In this document: positions 8,374-17,701 of the stretch, piece by piece | How positions within the stretch are numbered: the first letter of the stretch is position 1 | Layout: each line of letters opens with the position of its first letter | Assembly: GCA_041657405.1 (NCBI GenBank) | Contig: JBBABX010000001.1 | Location: 106,316 to 170,315 of the forward strand | DNA from: Minisyncoccota bacterium | Lineage (GTDB): Bacteria; Patescibacteriota; Minisyncoccia; Phycocordibacterales; XYD1-FULL-46-19 | Direction of reading: 5' to 3' | Length of the DNA stretch: 64,000 bases | The notes under the pieces: generated by a model | The model's input: the letters and a program-made list of their open reading frames with translations, nothing else | Database searches by the model: none | Told to the model about the DNA's origin: nothing | Program-made: the position numbers and the translations under genes

Positions 8374-9240
8374 ATGCCCGAACTCCCTGAAGTAGAAACC
8401 TTAAAAAGAGAGCTCGCCAAAGCTCTGCCTGGCCGACAAATAAAGTCGGTGGAAGTTTTGTGGTGGAAAACGGTTTCCCCCCTCTCGCCAGAAGAATTCG
8501 CTAAACAAATGGCTGGCAAAAAAATTGTTGACATTAGTCGCCGCGCCAAAATGCTTTTTATTAACTTTGCCGACACGACCGCACTCGCCGTCCACCTTAA
8601 AATGACCGGCCAGCTTATTTTTGAACCCAAAAAAGGCCGGGCCATCGGCGGTGGCCACCCCGATCAAGCCCTTGCCGAAAAACAACCGACTAAACACACC
8701 CGCTTAATTTTTGAATTCAAAGACGATAGCAAACTTTATTTTAATGACCTTCGAAAATTCGGCTGGGTTCGTTTAGTTACCGATCAACAAATGAAACAAC
8801 TCATCAAACCTTATGGCTTAGAACCCTTGTCAAAAATTTTTACTGATCAAGCTTTGACTGATATTTTTAAACATCACCCCAAACGTTCTATTAAAAAAAT
8901 TTTACTAGACCAGTCGTTGATTGCCGGTTTGGGCAATATTTATGTTGATGAATCTTGTTTTCAAGCAAGGCTCTTGCCAACCAAACAAGCTCTTAATCTA
9001 AAGCCAGCAGATTTAAAACGACTACGTTTGGCGATTATTAGAATCCTTAAATTTTCCATCCACCACAAAGGCACATCATCTAAAAATTATCGTCGTTCAA
9101 ACGGTTCGCCGGGAGGATTTGTTCCCCATCTCAAAGTTTATGGACGCGAAAATAAACCTTGTAAAATCTGCGGCCACCCAATCCAAAAAATCACCCATGC
9201 CAGTCGTGGCACACATTTTTGCCAGCATTGTCAGAAATAA
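8374..9240 (+). CDS. mutM: Formamidopyrimidine-DNA glycosylase
   Basis: MPELPEVET N-terminus (start 8374), HLKMTG, GLGNIYVDE H2TH, C-terminal zinc finger. Confidence 0.97.
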   Translation: MPELPEVETLKRELAKALPGRQIKSVEVLWWKTVSPLSPEEFAKQMAGKKIVDISRRAKMLFINFADTTALAVHLKMTGQLIFEPKKGRAIGGGHPDQALAEKQPTKHTRLIFEFKDDSKLYFNDLRKFGWVRLVTDQQMKQLIKPYGLEPLSKIFTDQALTDIFKHHPKRSIKKILLDQSLIAGLGNIYVDESCFQARLLPTKQALNLKPADLKRLRLAIIRILKFSIHHKGTSSKNYRRSNGSPGGFVPHLKVYGRENKPCKICGHPIQKITHASRGTHFCQHCQK

Positions 9241-9242
9241 GT

Positions 9243-9575
9243 TTAGAAAATTCGCTCCACCGCCCAATTAATTACCGACAAAACAATTGCAAAAATTAAC
9301 GCCACCCAGAAACTAGCAACCGCAAAACCAGCAATTAAAGAGGCTGACAACATTATCAACAAAGCGTTGATAACCAGAGTAAACAAACCAAGAGTAACGA
9401 GATTAATTGGTAGAGTTAAAAAAATAATTATTGGTTTTATAAACGCATTGATCATACCAAGAACCAGGGCCGCGATTAACGCTACCCAAAAACTAGCAAC
9501 AGTTATTCCTGGCACCAAATAAGCAGCGATCAAAATAACAATAGCAGCGATAAACCAATTAACGAGAGTTTTCAT
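9243..9575 (-). CDS. YvlD-like 4-TM membrane protein (phage holin family 4)
   Basis: NAFIKPII.FLTLPINLVTLGLFTLVINAL motif. Confidence 0.85.
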   Translation of the reverse strand: MKTLVNWFIAAIVILIAAYLVPGITVASFWVALIAALVLGMINAFIKPIIIFLTLPINLVTLGLFTLVINALLIMLSASLIAGFAVASFWVALIFAIVLSVINWAVERIF

Positions 9576-9635
9576 AAGCTCTTTTTTAATTTTAATCTTA
9601 ATAATCTTATAAAATAAATAATAAAAAAACAATAA

Positions 9636-10124
9636 TCAAATATTCAATATCCGAAACAAAACTATCCCCACCGAAACTGAAACATTAAGAGATTCTTTTT
9701 GCCCACACATTGGTATCTCTATAATTTGATGACATTTATTTAAAATTTTTTTAGACAAACCTTCTGTTTCATTTCCAAAAATAAAAGCGGTATTGGTTTT
9801 AAGTTTAAATTTTTTATAATCAATAGATTTGACTGCTTGTTCCACCGCAACTATTTGAAAATTTTCTTGATTAAGCCCACGCAAAAGTTTTTGAGTAGGC
9901 TTAATCTTTTCCCACAAAATATTTTTTTCTGCTCCAAGAGCAGTTTTGCTAATTTGTTTGTTAATTCGTCCGAAATTATCTTTTGGTGACGGAGTATAAC
10001 CAGTTAAATAAATTTTAGTTACCCCTGCCGCTTCGGCTGTCCGAAAAATTGAACCGACATTCAAGGCACTTCGAATGTCTGGCAAAACCAACACCACCTT
10101 TCTTTTTGCTTTCTTAGCAACCAT
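9636..10124 (-). CDS. SpoU/TrmH family RNA methyltransferase
   Basis: NVGSIFRTA, FGNETEGL, IPMCGQKESLNVS SPOUT motifs. Confidence 0.92.
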   Translation of the reverse strand: MVAKKAKRKVVLVLPDIRSALNVGSIFRTAEAAGVTKIYLTGYTPSPKDNFGRINKQISKTALGAEKNILWEKIKPTQKLLRGLNQENFQIVAVEQAVKSIDYKKFKLKTNTAFIFGNETEGLSKKILNKCHQIIEIPMCGQKESLNVSVSVGIVLFRILNI

Positions 10125-10234
10125 AACCAGCACTATAACATAGACAAAAAATTTGAAAAACTGGAAAAATCTGTTATTATTTTTCTGTTAGAACAATTCA
10201 CTGAATTATTTACTCAACATACAAAACTTTAGCA

Positions 10235-10273
10235 AAACCAATTGAGTAGATGATAAATATACTCAATTGGTTT
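10235..10273. repeat. 14-bp perfect inverted repeat upstream of tRNA-Lys
   Basis: AAACCAATTGAGTA (10235-10248) / TACTCAATTGGTTT (10260-10273). Confidence 0.8.
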
Positions 10274-10354
10274 CGTCCCAATGCTTATAGGGTAAAAACA
10301 AGTGGGTTGTATAAGTTTATGATAAAGTAAGTATAATAATAAAAAACGTTATAT

Positions 10355-10430
10355 GCCCTGTTAGCTCAGTTGGTAGAGCAGCTCCCTTTTAAGGAGACGG
10401 TCGGGGGTTCGAATCCCTCACAGGGCACCA
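10355..10430 (+). tRNA. tRNA-Lys(TTT)
   Basis: GCCCTGT/ACAGGGC acceptor stem, CTTTTAA anticodon loop, GTTCGAATC T-loop, CCA. Confidence 0.96.
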
Positions 10431-10578
10431 AGCTCTAACTTATTTTTTACAAGCAATAAGAACAAAAAAACCCAGGTGTTTTTCTCCCCAATTTTTTACC
10501 ATAGGACTAAAAAATTGGGAAAAGACATCAATAAAACTAAAACTTGTAAAAAATCGTGGGGCTGTTAATATAAATTAA

Positions 10579-10815
10579 TGGGTTGTAATATGTCTACTCT
10601 CGAGCGGCATACGACTAGTGGATTTCATAAAACCCAACTCTCACACCTGGGTTTTGTGAAATTAGGAAGTCGTTGAGGAGCTTATGCCATCCTAAAACCA
10701 TCTGTGAACTTGGCATAAAAATATTCACCGACCACAACAATCTAATCACAGAAGATTTGCAACGGTTGGGTGCATATCCTCAAGCTAGCGAGGTCGGAAA
10801 CTCGCCAACCCACCT
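10579..10815 (+). ncRNA. Unclassified ~235-nt structured RNA with tRNA-like ends (tmRNA-like?)
   Basis: TGGGTTG (10579) pairs with CAACCCA (10806); T-arm-like GCGAG-GTCGGAAA-CTCGC; internal helices; TGnTAATAT extended -10 at 10563-10571; terminator after. Confidence 0.5.
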
Positions 10816-10817
10816 AC

Positions 10818-10848
10818 GCCACAGCGAAGCTCAAGCTGTGGCCTTTTT
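10818..10848 (+). terminator. Intrinsic terminator hairpin
   Basis: GCCACAGC-GAAGCTCAA-GCTGTGGC followed by CTTTTT. Confidence 0.7.
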
Positions 10849-11611
10849 ATACCCCCAACAAAATCCTCTCTAATCCAAATTCAAATTCCTCCGAACCTAG
10901 ATAGGTTTCATGATAAAGGTCCACCAATTCACTAGACAATTTTTCCAACTCCTCTATTTCAAACTTTTGTGCCACACGTTTGGTTTTACCCAAGACAAAA
11001 GGTTTGAGATTTAACTCTTTCTCATTTTCAGTTCTTTTAACCAAGAGCATATTTTGCACCTGCCAAATTATTTTCCACAAAACATCTTCCGGCGTCACCC
11101 CAGACAAAAGAGCTTCTTCGTAAAGGGTCCAAGCCTCATTTTTATCGCGAGTCGCAAAAGCGTCAACGATTGAATAGATGTTAAATTCAGGCGGTGGTAG
11201 GACGGAAAATTCTTGCGTTTTAGTTGCCATTTTTTTTACTTTTTCAATTTCTGCTCGTCGCCTCTTCCACTTATCTTTACTTTCTAAATTAACGCTTCTA
11301 TTCAGAGTTTCCTCTTCCTCTAAAAACAAGAATAGATTCTTTGATTCAGCGATGTCGGACAGGTGGGTTAGAATAAAATCTTTGGCCACTTTATCTTTTA
11401 ATTCCTTCAATAAGTTATCACTAGCAATTATAAAATGTCGCACAAAAAGTGTTTGACCAAAGATGAGTTCCTCAAACTCAGCAATTGAGAAATTTTCCAC
11501 ACTTAGTTTAAAAAGGGTTGCTCCTGGTTGCTTATTTAAAATTGACCGAGCCAAAGCCAGGTGCTTGTCGCGTGTCTTTTTTTTGTCGGAACCATAAGTA
11601 AGATAGAGCAT
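10847..11611 (-). CDS. holA: DNA polymerase III delta subunit (HolA)-like, shortened
   Basis: MLYLTYGSD start, QTLF motif, FNIYSIVDAF...LERILL C-terminal collar pattern. Confidence 0.6.
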   Translation of the reverse strand: MLYLTYGSDKKKTRDKHLALARSILNKQPGATLFKLSVENFSIAEFEELIFGQTLFVRHFIIASDNLLKELKDKVAKDFILTHLSDIAESKNLFLFLEEEETLNRSVNLESKDKWKRRRAEIEKVKKMATKTQEFSVLPPPEFNIYSIVDAFATRDKNEAWTLYEEALLSGVTPEDVLWKIIWQVQNMLLVKRTENEKELNLKPFVLGKTKRVAQKFEIEELEKLSSELVDLYHETYLGSEEFEFGLERILLGV

Positions 11612-11676
11612 AGGGAATTTGAAATGTAAAAATCAAAGATTAAAGTTAAAAATAAAAAGATTTTACCAATTTTATA

Positions 11677-12504
11677 TTATATTTCAAGGCTGATGCCAAC
11701 TGGACAATGGTCGGAACCGAGTTGAGTATCTAAAATAAATGCCTCTTTAACATTTTTTTTAAGGGTTTTACTAACCCAAAAATAATCTATCCGCCAACCA
11801 ATATTTCTTGCCCGTGCATGAAATTTATAACTCCACCACGAATAAATTTTTTCTTTGTCACCATGCACAAATCGAAAAGTATCTATTAAACCAGCGGCTG
11901 CAAATTTATCCGCCCATTTTCGTTCTTCATCAGTAAAACCAGGATTGCCTATATTATCCCTAGGTCGGGCCAAGTCAATTTCTTTATGCGCCACATTAAA
12001 ATCACCACAAGTAACAACCGGTTTAATTTTTTCCAACTTCTTAATATGTTTGAGCCATTTGTTGTTAAAATCCTCTTTCAAGGCTAGACGAGAAAGATCA
12101 TGACGCACATTTGGAAAATAAGTATTAACAAAAAAGAACCTTTCAAATTCCAAGGTCAACACTCTCCCCTCCTCATCCTCGCCATTTGTTTGACCTGGCA
12201 AAACAAAACCATAACCAACAGCCAAAGGCTCAATTTGAGAAAAAGCTGCTGTGCCAGCATAACCTGGCTTCTTGGCAGAATGCCAATATTCGGCATAATC
12301 AACAAAATCCCAACCAGAAACCGACGGGTCTTGAGCAGAAAATTTTTTTGCCATCTTCTCTCGATCAACATTGGCAATTTTGATCTCTTGCAAACCTAAA
12401 ATATCCGGCTTAACTTCTGTCAAAAACTCCCCCAAGAAACCATTTTTAATTACCGCCCTTATCCCATTAACATTCCAAGAAAACAACTTAAGCGCTTTAT
12501 TCAT
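11677..12504 (-). CDS. xth: Exodeoxyribonuclease III / AP endonuclease
   Basis: SWNVNGIRA, LQEIK, GDFNVAH, GWRIDY, SDHCPV. Confidence 0.97.
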   Translation of the reverse strand: MNKALKLFSWNVNGIRAVIKNGFLGEFLTEVKPDILGLQEIKIANVDREKMAKKFSAQDPSVSGWDFVDYAEYWHSAKKPGYAGTAAFSQIEPLAVGYGFVLPGQTNGEDEEGRVLTLEFERFFFVNTYFPNVRHDLSRLALKEDFNNKWLKHIKKLEKIKPVVTCGDFNVAHKEIDLARPRDNIGNPGFTDEERKWADKFAAAGLIDTFRFVHGDKEKIYSWWSYKFHARARNIGWRIDYFWVSKTLKKNVKEAFILDTQLGSDHCPVGISLEI

Positions 12505-12513
12505 AACTTAATC

Positions 12514-13116
12514 TTAATGGTAATTTTTAAGAATAGCAAAATCTTTTTTTAAATCTTCAATTAGAGCGCGGTTATAAATAGCCGCCGCTGGATGGTAAAA
12601 GGGTATAATAATAATCGGACCATAAGAAGCTTGGGCAGAAAGAACTTTCCCATGAAGCTCACTGATTGATTTTAAAGCTTCAGGAATAGTAAATTTTTCC
12701 AAAATATATCGCATAGAAAAACGTCCTAGTGTAGCAATTACTTGAGGTTTTATAATTTCAATCTGCCTATCAAGAAATGGACCATAACAAGCAATCTCTT
12801 CCGGTAAAGGGTCCCGATTTTGCGGTGGTCGATCTTTGATTATATTGGTTACGTAAACTTCTGTTCGACTAATACTGTTTTCTGCCAAAAGCTCATCTAA
12901 GATTTTTCCTGCCGATCCACAAAAAGGATGACCAGTTTTGGCCTCATTGCGCCCCGGCGCCTCGCCAATAAACATAATCTTTGCTTCATGATTGCCTTCA
13001 CCAATTACTGGGAAAAATCTATTTGCCTGCCGAAAGGCAAACAATGGTGATTTTTTAAAAATCAAAATTTCATTTTTAATTGCGCGCAATTTTTCTTTTT
13101 TGTCTTCAATCGTCAT
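12514..13116 (-). CDS. Uracil-DNA glycosylase, family 4-like
   Basis: GEAPG..E, RPPQNRDP, TLGRFS, YHPAA motifs. Confidence 0.93.
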   Translation of the reverse strand: MTIEDKKEKLRAIKNEILIFKKSPLFAFRQANRFFPVIGEGNHEAKIMFIGEAPGRNEAKTGHPFCGSAGKILDELLAENSISRTEVYVTNIIKDRPPQNRDPLPEEIACYGPFLDRQIEIIKPQVIATLGRFSMRYILEKFTIPEALKSISELHGKVLSAQASYGPIIIIPFYHPAAAIYNRALIEDLKKDFAILKNYH

Positions 13117-13122
13117 AAAAGT

Positions 13123-13596
13123 TTATCCATCATTAATTTCGTCTTTCGTTTTCTTTTGAAAATCGCTCACAAAATCTCTTTCAACGATCCAAAGAATAGC
13201 AAAAATAAACAATATCAAACCTGTCGCCACCAATGCCAACCAATACAGACCAAAGCCACAAGACAAGCCAACCCCGGCCGCCACCCACATTCCCGCTGCT
13301 GTAGTCAGGCCAGTCACCTTGCCAGCCTTAGACATAATCAAACCAGCTCCAAGAAAACCGATACCGACAATTACCTGTGACGCCATCCGTAAGGGGTCAA
13401 AATTTATTATACCAATCGTTTGTTCTGTTACCAATTTTGAGATTATTGCAAAGAGGGCGGCCCCCAAACTGACCAAAGCAAAAGTCCTCATCCCAGCGAC
13501 CTTACCCGCCAAATTTCGTTCAAAACCGAGACAAATACCAAGGGCCATTGCCAAGACTAGACTTAAGATTATTTCACCATTTAATATTCCCAACAT
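13123..13596 (-). CDS. MgtC/SapB family membrane protein
   Basis: GFER...AGMRTFALV, RMASQVIVGIGFLGAG, GLTTAA. Confidence 0.93.
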   Translation of the reverse strand: MLGILNGEIILSLVLAMALGICLGFERNLAGKVAGMRTFALVSLGAALFAIISKLVTEQTIGIINFDPLRMASQVIVGIGFLGAGLIMSKAGKVTGLTTAAGMWVAAGVGLSCGFGLYWLALVATGLILFIFAILWIVERDFVSDFQKKTKDEINDG

Positions 13597-13702
13597 AATT
13601 AAATTAAATTATTTTATAGTATTTATATTTTAGAATCTTTTCTTAAAAAAAACAAAAAAAAACGGCTTTTACACCGTTTTTTTGTTTTTTGATTAGTGAT
13701 TT

Positions 13703-13909
13703 TTACTCGGAAACTTCAGAAGTAGTTGTGACTTCTTCTTCAACAACTTCTCCTTCCATAACCTCGCCCATATCACCTTCAAGGTCGGTTGTTTCTTCGG
13801 TTAAAACTTCAACCTCACCCTCTGGGGTAACCGGAGCTTGAGACTTGAACCAAACCACGCCAATGATAATCAAAATGATTACAATAGCGACGATAACGTA
13901 ATTTTTCAT
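13703..13909 (-). CDS. Small single-TM protein with acidic tail
   Basis: 68-aa ORF with N-terminal TM helix and E/T-rich tail; terminator-like hairpin at ~13650-13690. Confidence 0.65.
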   Translation of the reverse strand: MKNYVIVAIVIILIIIGVVWFKSQAPVTPEGEVEVLTEETTDLEGDMGEVMEGEVVEEEVTTTSEVSE

Positions 13910-14069
13910 GAGATATAGTTAGATTACCTTAATCGACCTTTGCTTAATTGCAAAATAAAATATTGCAGTTTTATCATATAATATTGAGCTTTTTAAAGCA
14001 AGTTTTTAAAATGTGGAAAAAGATCACTATTTTATCTAAATGACAAGAAGAAAACTTCTTATTTAAAGA

Positions 14070-16412
14070 TCACAAATCAAACCAAGATCGCCCACAATCA
14101 TAACTAACTAAAAGTGGCACTGGTAATTTAACAGTTTTTTCCATTGTCAAACAAATAATTTTTTTCACTTCTTCAACGACATCTTCTGCTGTTTCATAAA
14201 TTAATTCATCATGGATTTGCAACAAAAGGTGAGCTTTCTCTCCCAACCCAGCTTCCTTCAATCTTTTTTCACCCTCTATCATCGACAACTTAATTATATC
14301 AGCCGCCGTGCCTTGAAGCGGGGCGTTCATTGCCATTCTTTCGGCCGCCGCCAAAATTTGTGGCAATGGAGATCTAAGCGCCGGTAAATAACGACGACGT
14401 CCGAATAAAGTTTCGGTGTAGCCTTTTATTTTGGCATTCGTTACCACTCCTTCAAAATAATTTTTGATAGTGGGAAAAGTTAAAAAATAATTAGCCATAA
14501 ATTGCTCTGCTTCTTGTTTGGTAGCACTAAGACTGGTTTTTAAAGCATTCACTCCCATCCCATAAATAATTCCAAAATTTATGACTTTAGCTCGCCGACG
14601 CATTTCCTTGGTAACGGCCTCTTCTTTAACCCCAAAAACCTTCGAGGCTACCGCAGAATGAATATCTTTGTTTTCCTTAAACACCGCTGTGAGATTTGGG
14701 TCTCCCGACAAGGCTGCTAGCACCCTTAATTCTATTTGTGAATAATCAAAAGACAATAATTTAAAACCTGGACGGGCAACAAATCCCCCTCTAACAGCAG
14801 TCCCTAGGCCAGCCCGCGCTGGGATATTTTGTAAATTTGGGTTATTAGACGACATCCGACCAGTGGTCGTGCCATTTTGATTAAATGTAGCATGGAGAAC
14901 GTTTTCATGGTCAAGCATTGTCGGAATATTGTCAATATAAGTAGATAATAATTTTTGCAATTCTCTATATTCTAAAATTTTTTCAATAACGGGATGAATA
15001 CCTTTTAGTTTTAAAAGTTCTGATTCACGTGTTGACCTAGCACCTGTCGCTGTTTTTTTGAGTCCTTTGACAGAAAGTTTTAATTTATCAAATAAAACTT
15101 CTCCTAGTTGTTTCGGCGAATTAATATTAAAAGTTTCTTCGACAAATTCATAAACCTCATTTTCTAATTTAGATAATTTAATATGATAATCTTGTGATAA
15201 TTTTTTCAAATAAACAGTATCAATTAAAACCCCTCGTTTTTCCATACTTTTGATAATTGGCAATAGGGGTTTTTCAATTTCTAACCAAACTTTTTCCAAA
15301 CCTTTATCTTTTAATTTATTTAGAATTAATTTTTCCGCTTCAAGAAGATTATCACAACCAGCAAATTGCAAAATATCTTCTAATTTAGGAACAGTTAAAT
15401 CAGAATTAAGAAGCCACACCATAACTCCCACCCGACGGATATCTTCGGGGTCAATTTCTTCTTCATTTTTACTTGATTCTTCTTTTATTTTTAAACCTTC
15501 CCCAAATTTTAAATTTTTGAGACGGCCAATCAAGCTACGAAATTCTAAATCCATAAAAATTTTTTCTACTGGAAAAAAAGAAAAGGTTTCCGTCCAAGTT
15601 TTTTCTGGTAACGAAAACTCGATCGGCGCATCATAACGAATAGTCGCTAAAGTTTTTGAGAAAATTGCTTCTTCTTCATTTTCTTTTAACAGGTTTACAA
15701 TTCTTGTTTTTACCCCTCGATTTATAAAAATTTTTTCATCTTTTTTTAATTTTTTAAAAATTTGTTCTATTGAACCAAATTCTTGAATTAAAATTGTCGC
15801 CGTTTTATCACCAACACCCGATACGCCAATAATATTATCTGACGGGTCGCCCTTGAGCCCTTTAAAATCTGCTATCAAAGCTGGCGCAAAACCATAACGT
15901 TCTCGGATATTTTTTTCGTCGTAAATTACAGTATCAGTTAAACCTTTACGTAAAGTATAAACAATAACTCTATCACCCTTCACCAACTGAAGAGTATCCA
16001 TATCGCCTGAAGCAATAATAATTTGTAAATTATTATTAGTCTTGAGTTTTTCAACGATAGTGCCTATTATATCGTCAGCCTCAAAACCTGGAGCATCATA
16101 GATTGGAATGCCGAAGGCTGTAAAAATATCACGCGCGCGGATAAGTTGGGCTATTAATTCGGCTTCGGCTTTAGGTCTCCCCGCTTTATAGCCTTCATAG
16201 GCTTGCTTGCGAAAAGTTGTTTCCGCTCGGTCAAAACAAGCCACTAAATAATCTGGTTTGAGGTCAGAAATTATCCGCATCAACATCGTCGCCACCCCAT
16301 ACAACCCACCAGTTGGCTCACCTTGACTAGAAACAAAGTCAGGCAAAGCATGATAAGCGCGGTGGATAATTGCATGCGCGTCAAAAAGAACTAATTTTTT
16401 CTTTTTCCCCAT
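14070..16412 (-). CDS. polA: DNA polymerase I (5'-3' exonuclease plus polymerase, short middle region)
   Basis: FEADD, GDPSDNI, TGRMSS.NPNLQNIP, DYSQIELR, KVINFGIIYG, QIHDEL. Confidence 0.97.
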   Translation of the reverse strand: MGKKKKLVLFDAHAIIHRAYHALPDFVSSQGEPTGGLYGVATMLMRIISDLKPDYLVACFDRAETTFRKQAYEGYKAGRPKAEAELIAQLIRARDIFTAFGIPIYDAPGFEADDIIGTIVEKLKTNNNLQIIIASGDMDTLQLVKGDRVIVYTLRKGLTDTVIYDEKNIRERYGFAPALIADFKGLKGDPSDNIIGVSGVGDKTATILIQEFGSIEQIFKKLKKDEKIFINRGVKTRIVNLLKENEEEAIFSKTLATIRYDAPIEFSLPEKTWTETFSFFPVEKIFMDLEFRSLIGRLKNLKFGEGLKIKEESSKNEEEIDPEDIRRVGVMVWLLNSDLTVPKLEDILQFAGCDNLLEAEKLILNKLKDKGLEKVWLEIEKPLLPIIKSMEKRGVLIDTVYLKKLSQDYHIKLSKLENEVYEFVEETFNINSPKQLGEVLFDKLKLSVKGLKKTATGARSTRESELLKLKGIHPVIEKILEYRELQKLLSTYIDNIPTMLDHENVLHATFNQNGTTTGRMSSNNPNLQNIPARAGLGTAVRGGFVARPGFKLLSFDYSQIELRVLAALSGDPNLTAVFKENKDIHSAVASKVFGVKEEAVTKEMRRRAKVINFGIIYGMGVNALKTSLSATKQEAEQFMANYFLTFPTIKNYFEGVVTNAKIKGYTETLFGRRRYLPALRSPLPQILAAAERMAMNAPLQGTAADIIKLSMIEGEKRLKEAGLGEKAHLLLQIHDELIYETAEDVVEEVKKIICLTMEKTVKLPVPLLVSYDCGRSWFDL

Positions 16413-16461
16413 TAATCTAAGTATAACGCATTATTTAAAAGGGAAAAGAAATATTCTAAAA

Positions 16462-16920
16462 TTAAACAAAGGAAATTTCACGCTTGGTATCATCAATAAA
16501 TTTGAATTTAACCTCAAGACGGTCAGAGGGCAAAATGGTTGACACAATTTCAGGCCACTCCAATAAAATCAAGTTCTGGGGATTTTTAACAATTTCGATC
16601 CAATCTAAAGCCAAAAGGTCTCGCCCTCCACTCAAGCGATAAGCGTCAATGTGAATAAGTTGTTTATAAATTGAGAGAAAAGGCTTTGAATTGTTTTTAA
16701 GGATAGGAATTTTATATTTTTTTTCAATTATAAAAGTTGGACTAGTTATTTTAACTTTAATTCCCAAGCTTTTCGCTATCGCTTGAGCAAAAGTGGTTTT
16801 ACCAGAACCTAAATCACCAACCAGAGTCACTACCCTTGCCTGTTGACTCGGTTTTAGTTTTTTTATAAAAATTTCAGCCAAAGTTTTTGTCTCGGTCAAA
16901 CTCTTTGATACTTTTTTCAT
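16462..16920 (-). CDS. tsaE: tRNA t6A biosynthesis ATPase TsaE
   Basis: GDLGSGKTTF, TSPTF, HIDAYRL, EWP. Confidence 0.95.
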   Translation of the reverse strand: MKKVSKSLTETKTLAEIFIKKLKPSQQARVVTLVGDLGSGKTTFAQAIAKSLGIKVKITSPTFIIEKKYKIPILKNNSKPFLSIYKQLIHIDAYRLSGGRDLLALDWIEIVKNPQNLILLEWPEIVSTILPSDRLEVKFKFIDDTKREISFV

Positions 16921-16998
16921 TATCATTATTGTATCGGCTACAAAAATAAAAGGCAAAATAAAAGGCGCACAAGTTTTCACTTGCACGCCTGATGATCA

Positions 16999-17385
16999 TC
17001 ACCGTCGCCCAGCGAGCCCGCCAAAAATATCATCAATATTCAGACGAACTCTACCGTCGTTTCGGTTCCTACTAGAACGAGACGACGACCAAGAATTGTG
17101 AGAACGACCCCCGCCCCTACTCCAATTACTGACACTAGAACGATGTGAAGCGTGTTGATGATGACTTTCACTCCTTCGAGAGTCAATCCGTAGATCAACC
17201 CTTGGCAACATCTGCTGCCAAGAAGGAGCTCTCTCGACCACAACCACCTGGGTGGGGATTGGTGATTGAGACACCACGATAGGTGTTGGTCTTTCGACAT
17301 AAATCACCCGTTGGGGCTGAGGCGCTGTTGTAGCGCAACCGGCCGCCAAAACTCCAAAACAAAGAGCGATCAAAAAGCTTCTCAT
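16999..17385 (-). CDS. Putative lipoprotein with Ser/Arg/His-rich disordered tail
   Basis: LAAGC lipobox, GGGGGAGG SD, low-complexity C-terminus. Confidence 0.6.
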   Translation of the reverse strand: MRSFLIALCFGVLAAGCATTAPQPQRVIYVERPTPIVVSQSPIPTQVVVVERAPSWQQMLPRVDLRIDSRRSESHHQHASHRSSVSNWSRGGGRSHNSWSSSRSSRNRNDGRVRLNIDDIFGGLAGRR

Positions 17386-17701
17386 TTTCTTAACCTCCCC
17401 CGCTTCAAGCGGGCATTAAGATTGACTTTCTTTAATTTCTTACCCTATCTTAAATTATAGCAAATTCATATCTTTTTGTCAAGTGCCTCCATTGATTTAA
17501 TAACTCGAAAATATTTTATCAATTTTATCTTAAAATCACTTGCCTTCTTTTTTTCACCCTATTTTTCCTATTTTCACTTTCTCTAAAAAGTTACCCACAG
17601 GTTTGTGGTTGCGTTATATTTTTTTTGTGCAAGAAATGTAATTAGAAATACTGTTAGATTCTGAATTGTTTTTAAAAAAGCAAAAGGGTAAAATATAAAC
17701 A

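Noticed and set aside
9243-9575. Prophage lysis gene
   Set aside because: YvlD-like holin-family proteins are common chromosomal genes and no phage genes flank it.
10579-10815. RNase P RNA or 5S rRNA
   Set aside because: Only vague resemblance; the conserved GAGGAAAGUCC and ACAGAA..CGGCUUA blocks and the 5S length and helices are not present.
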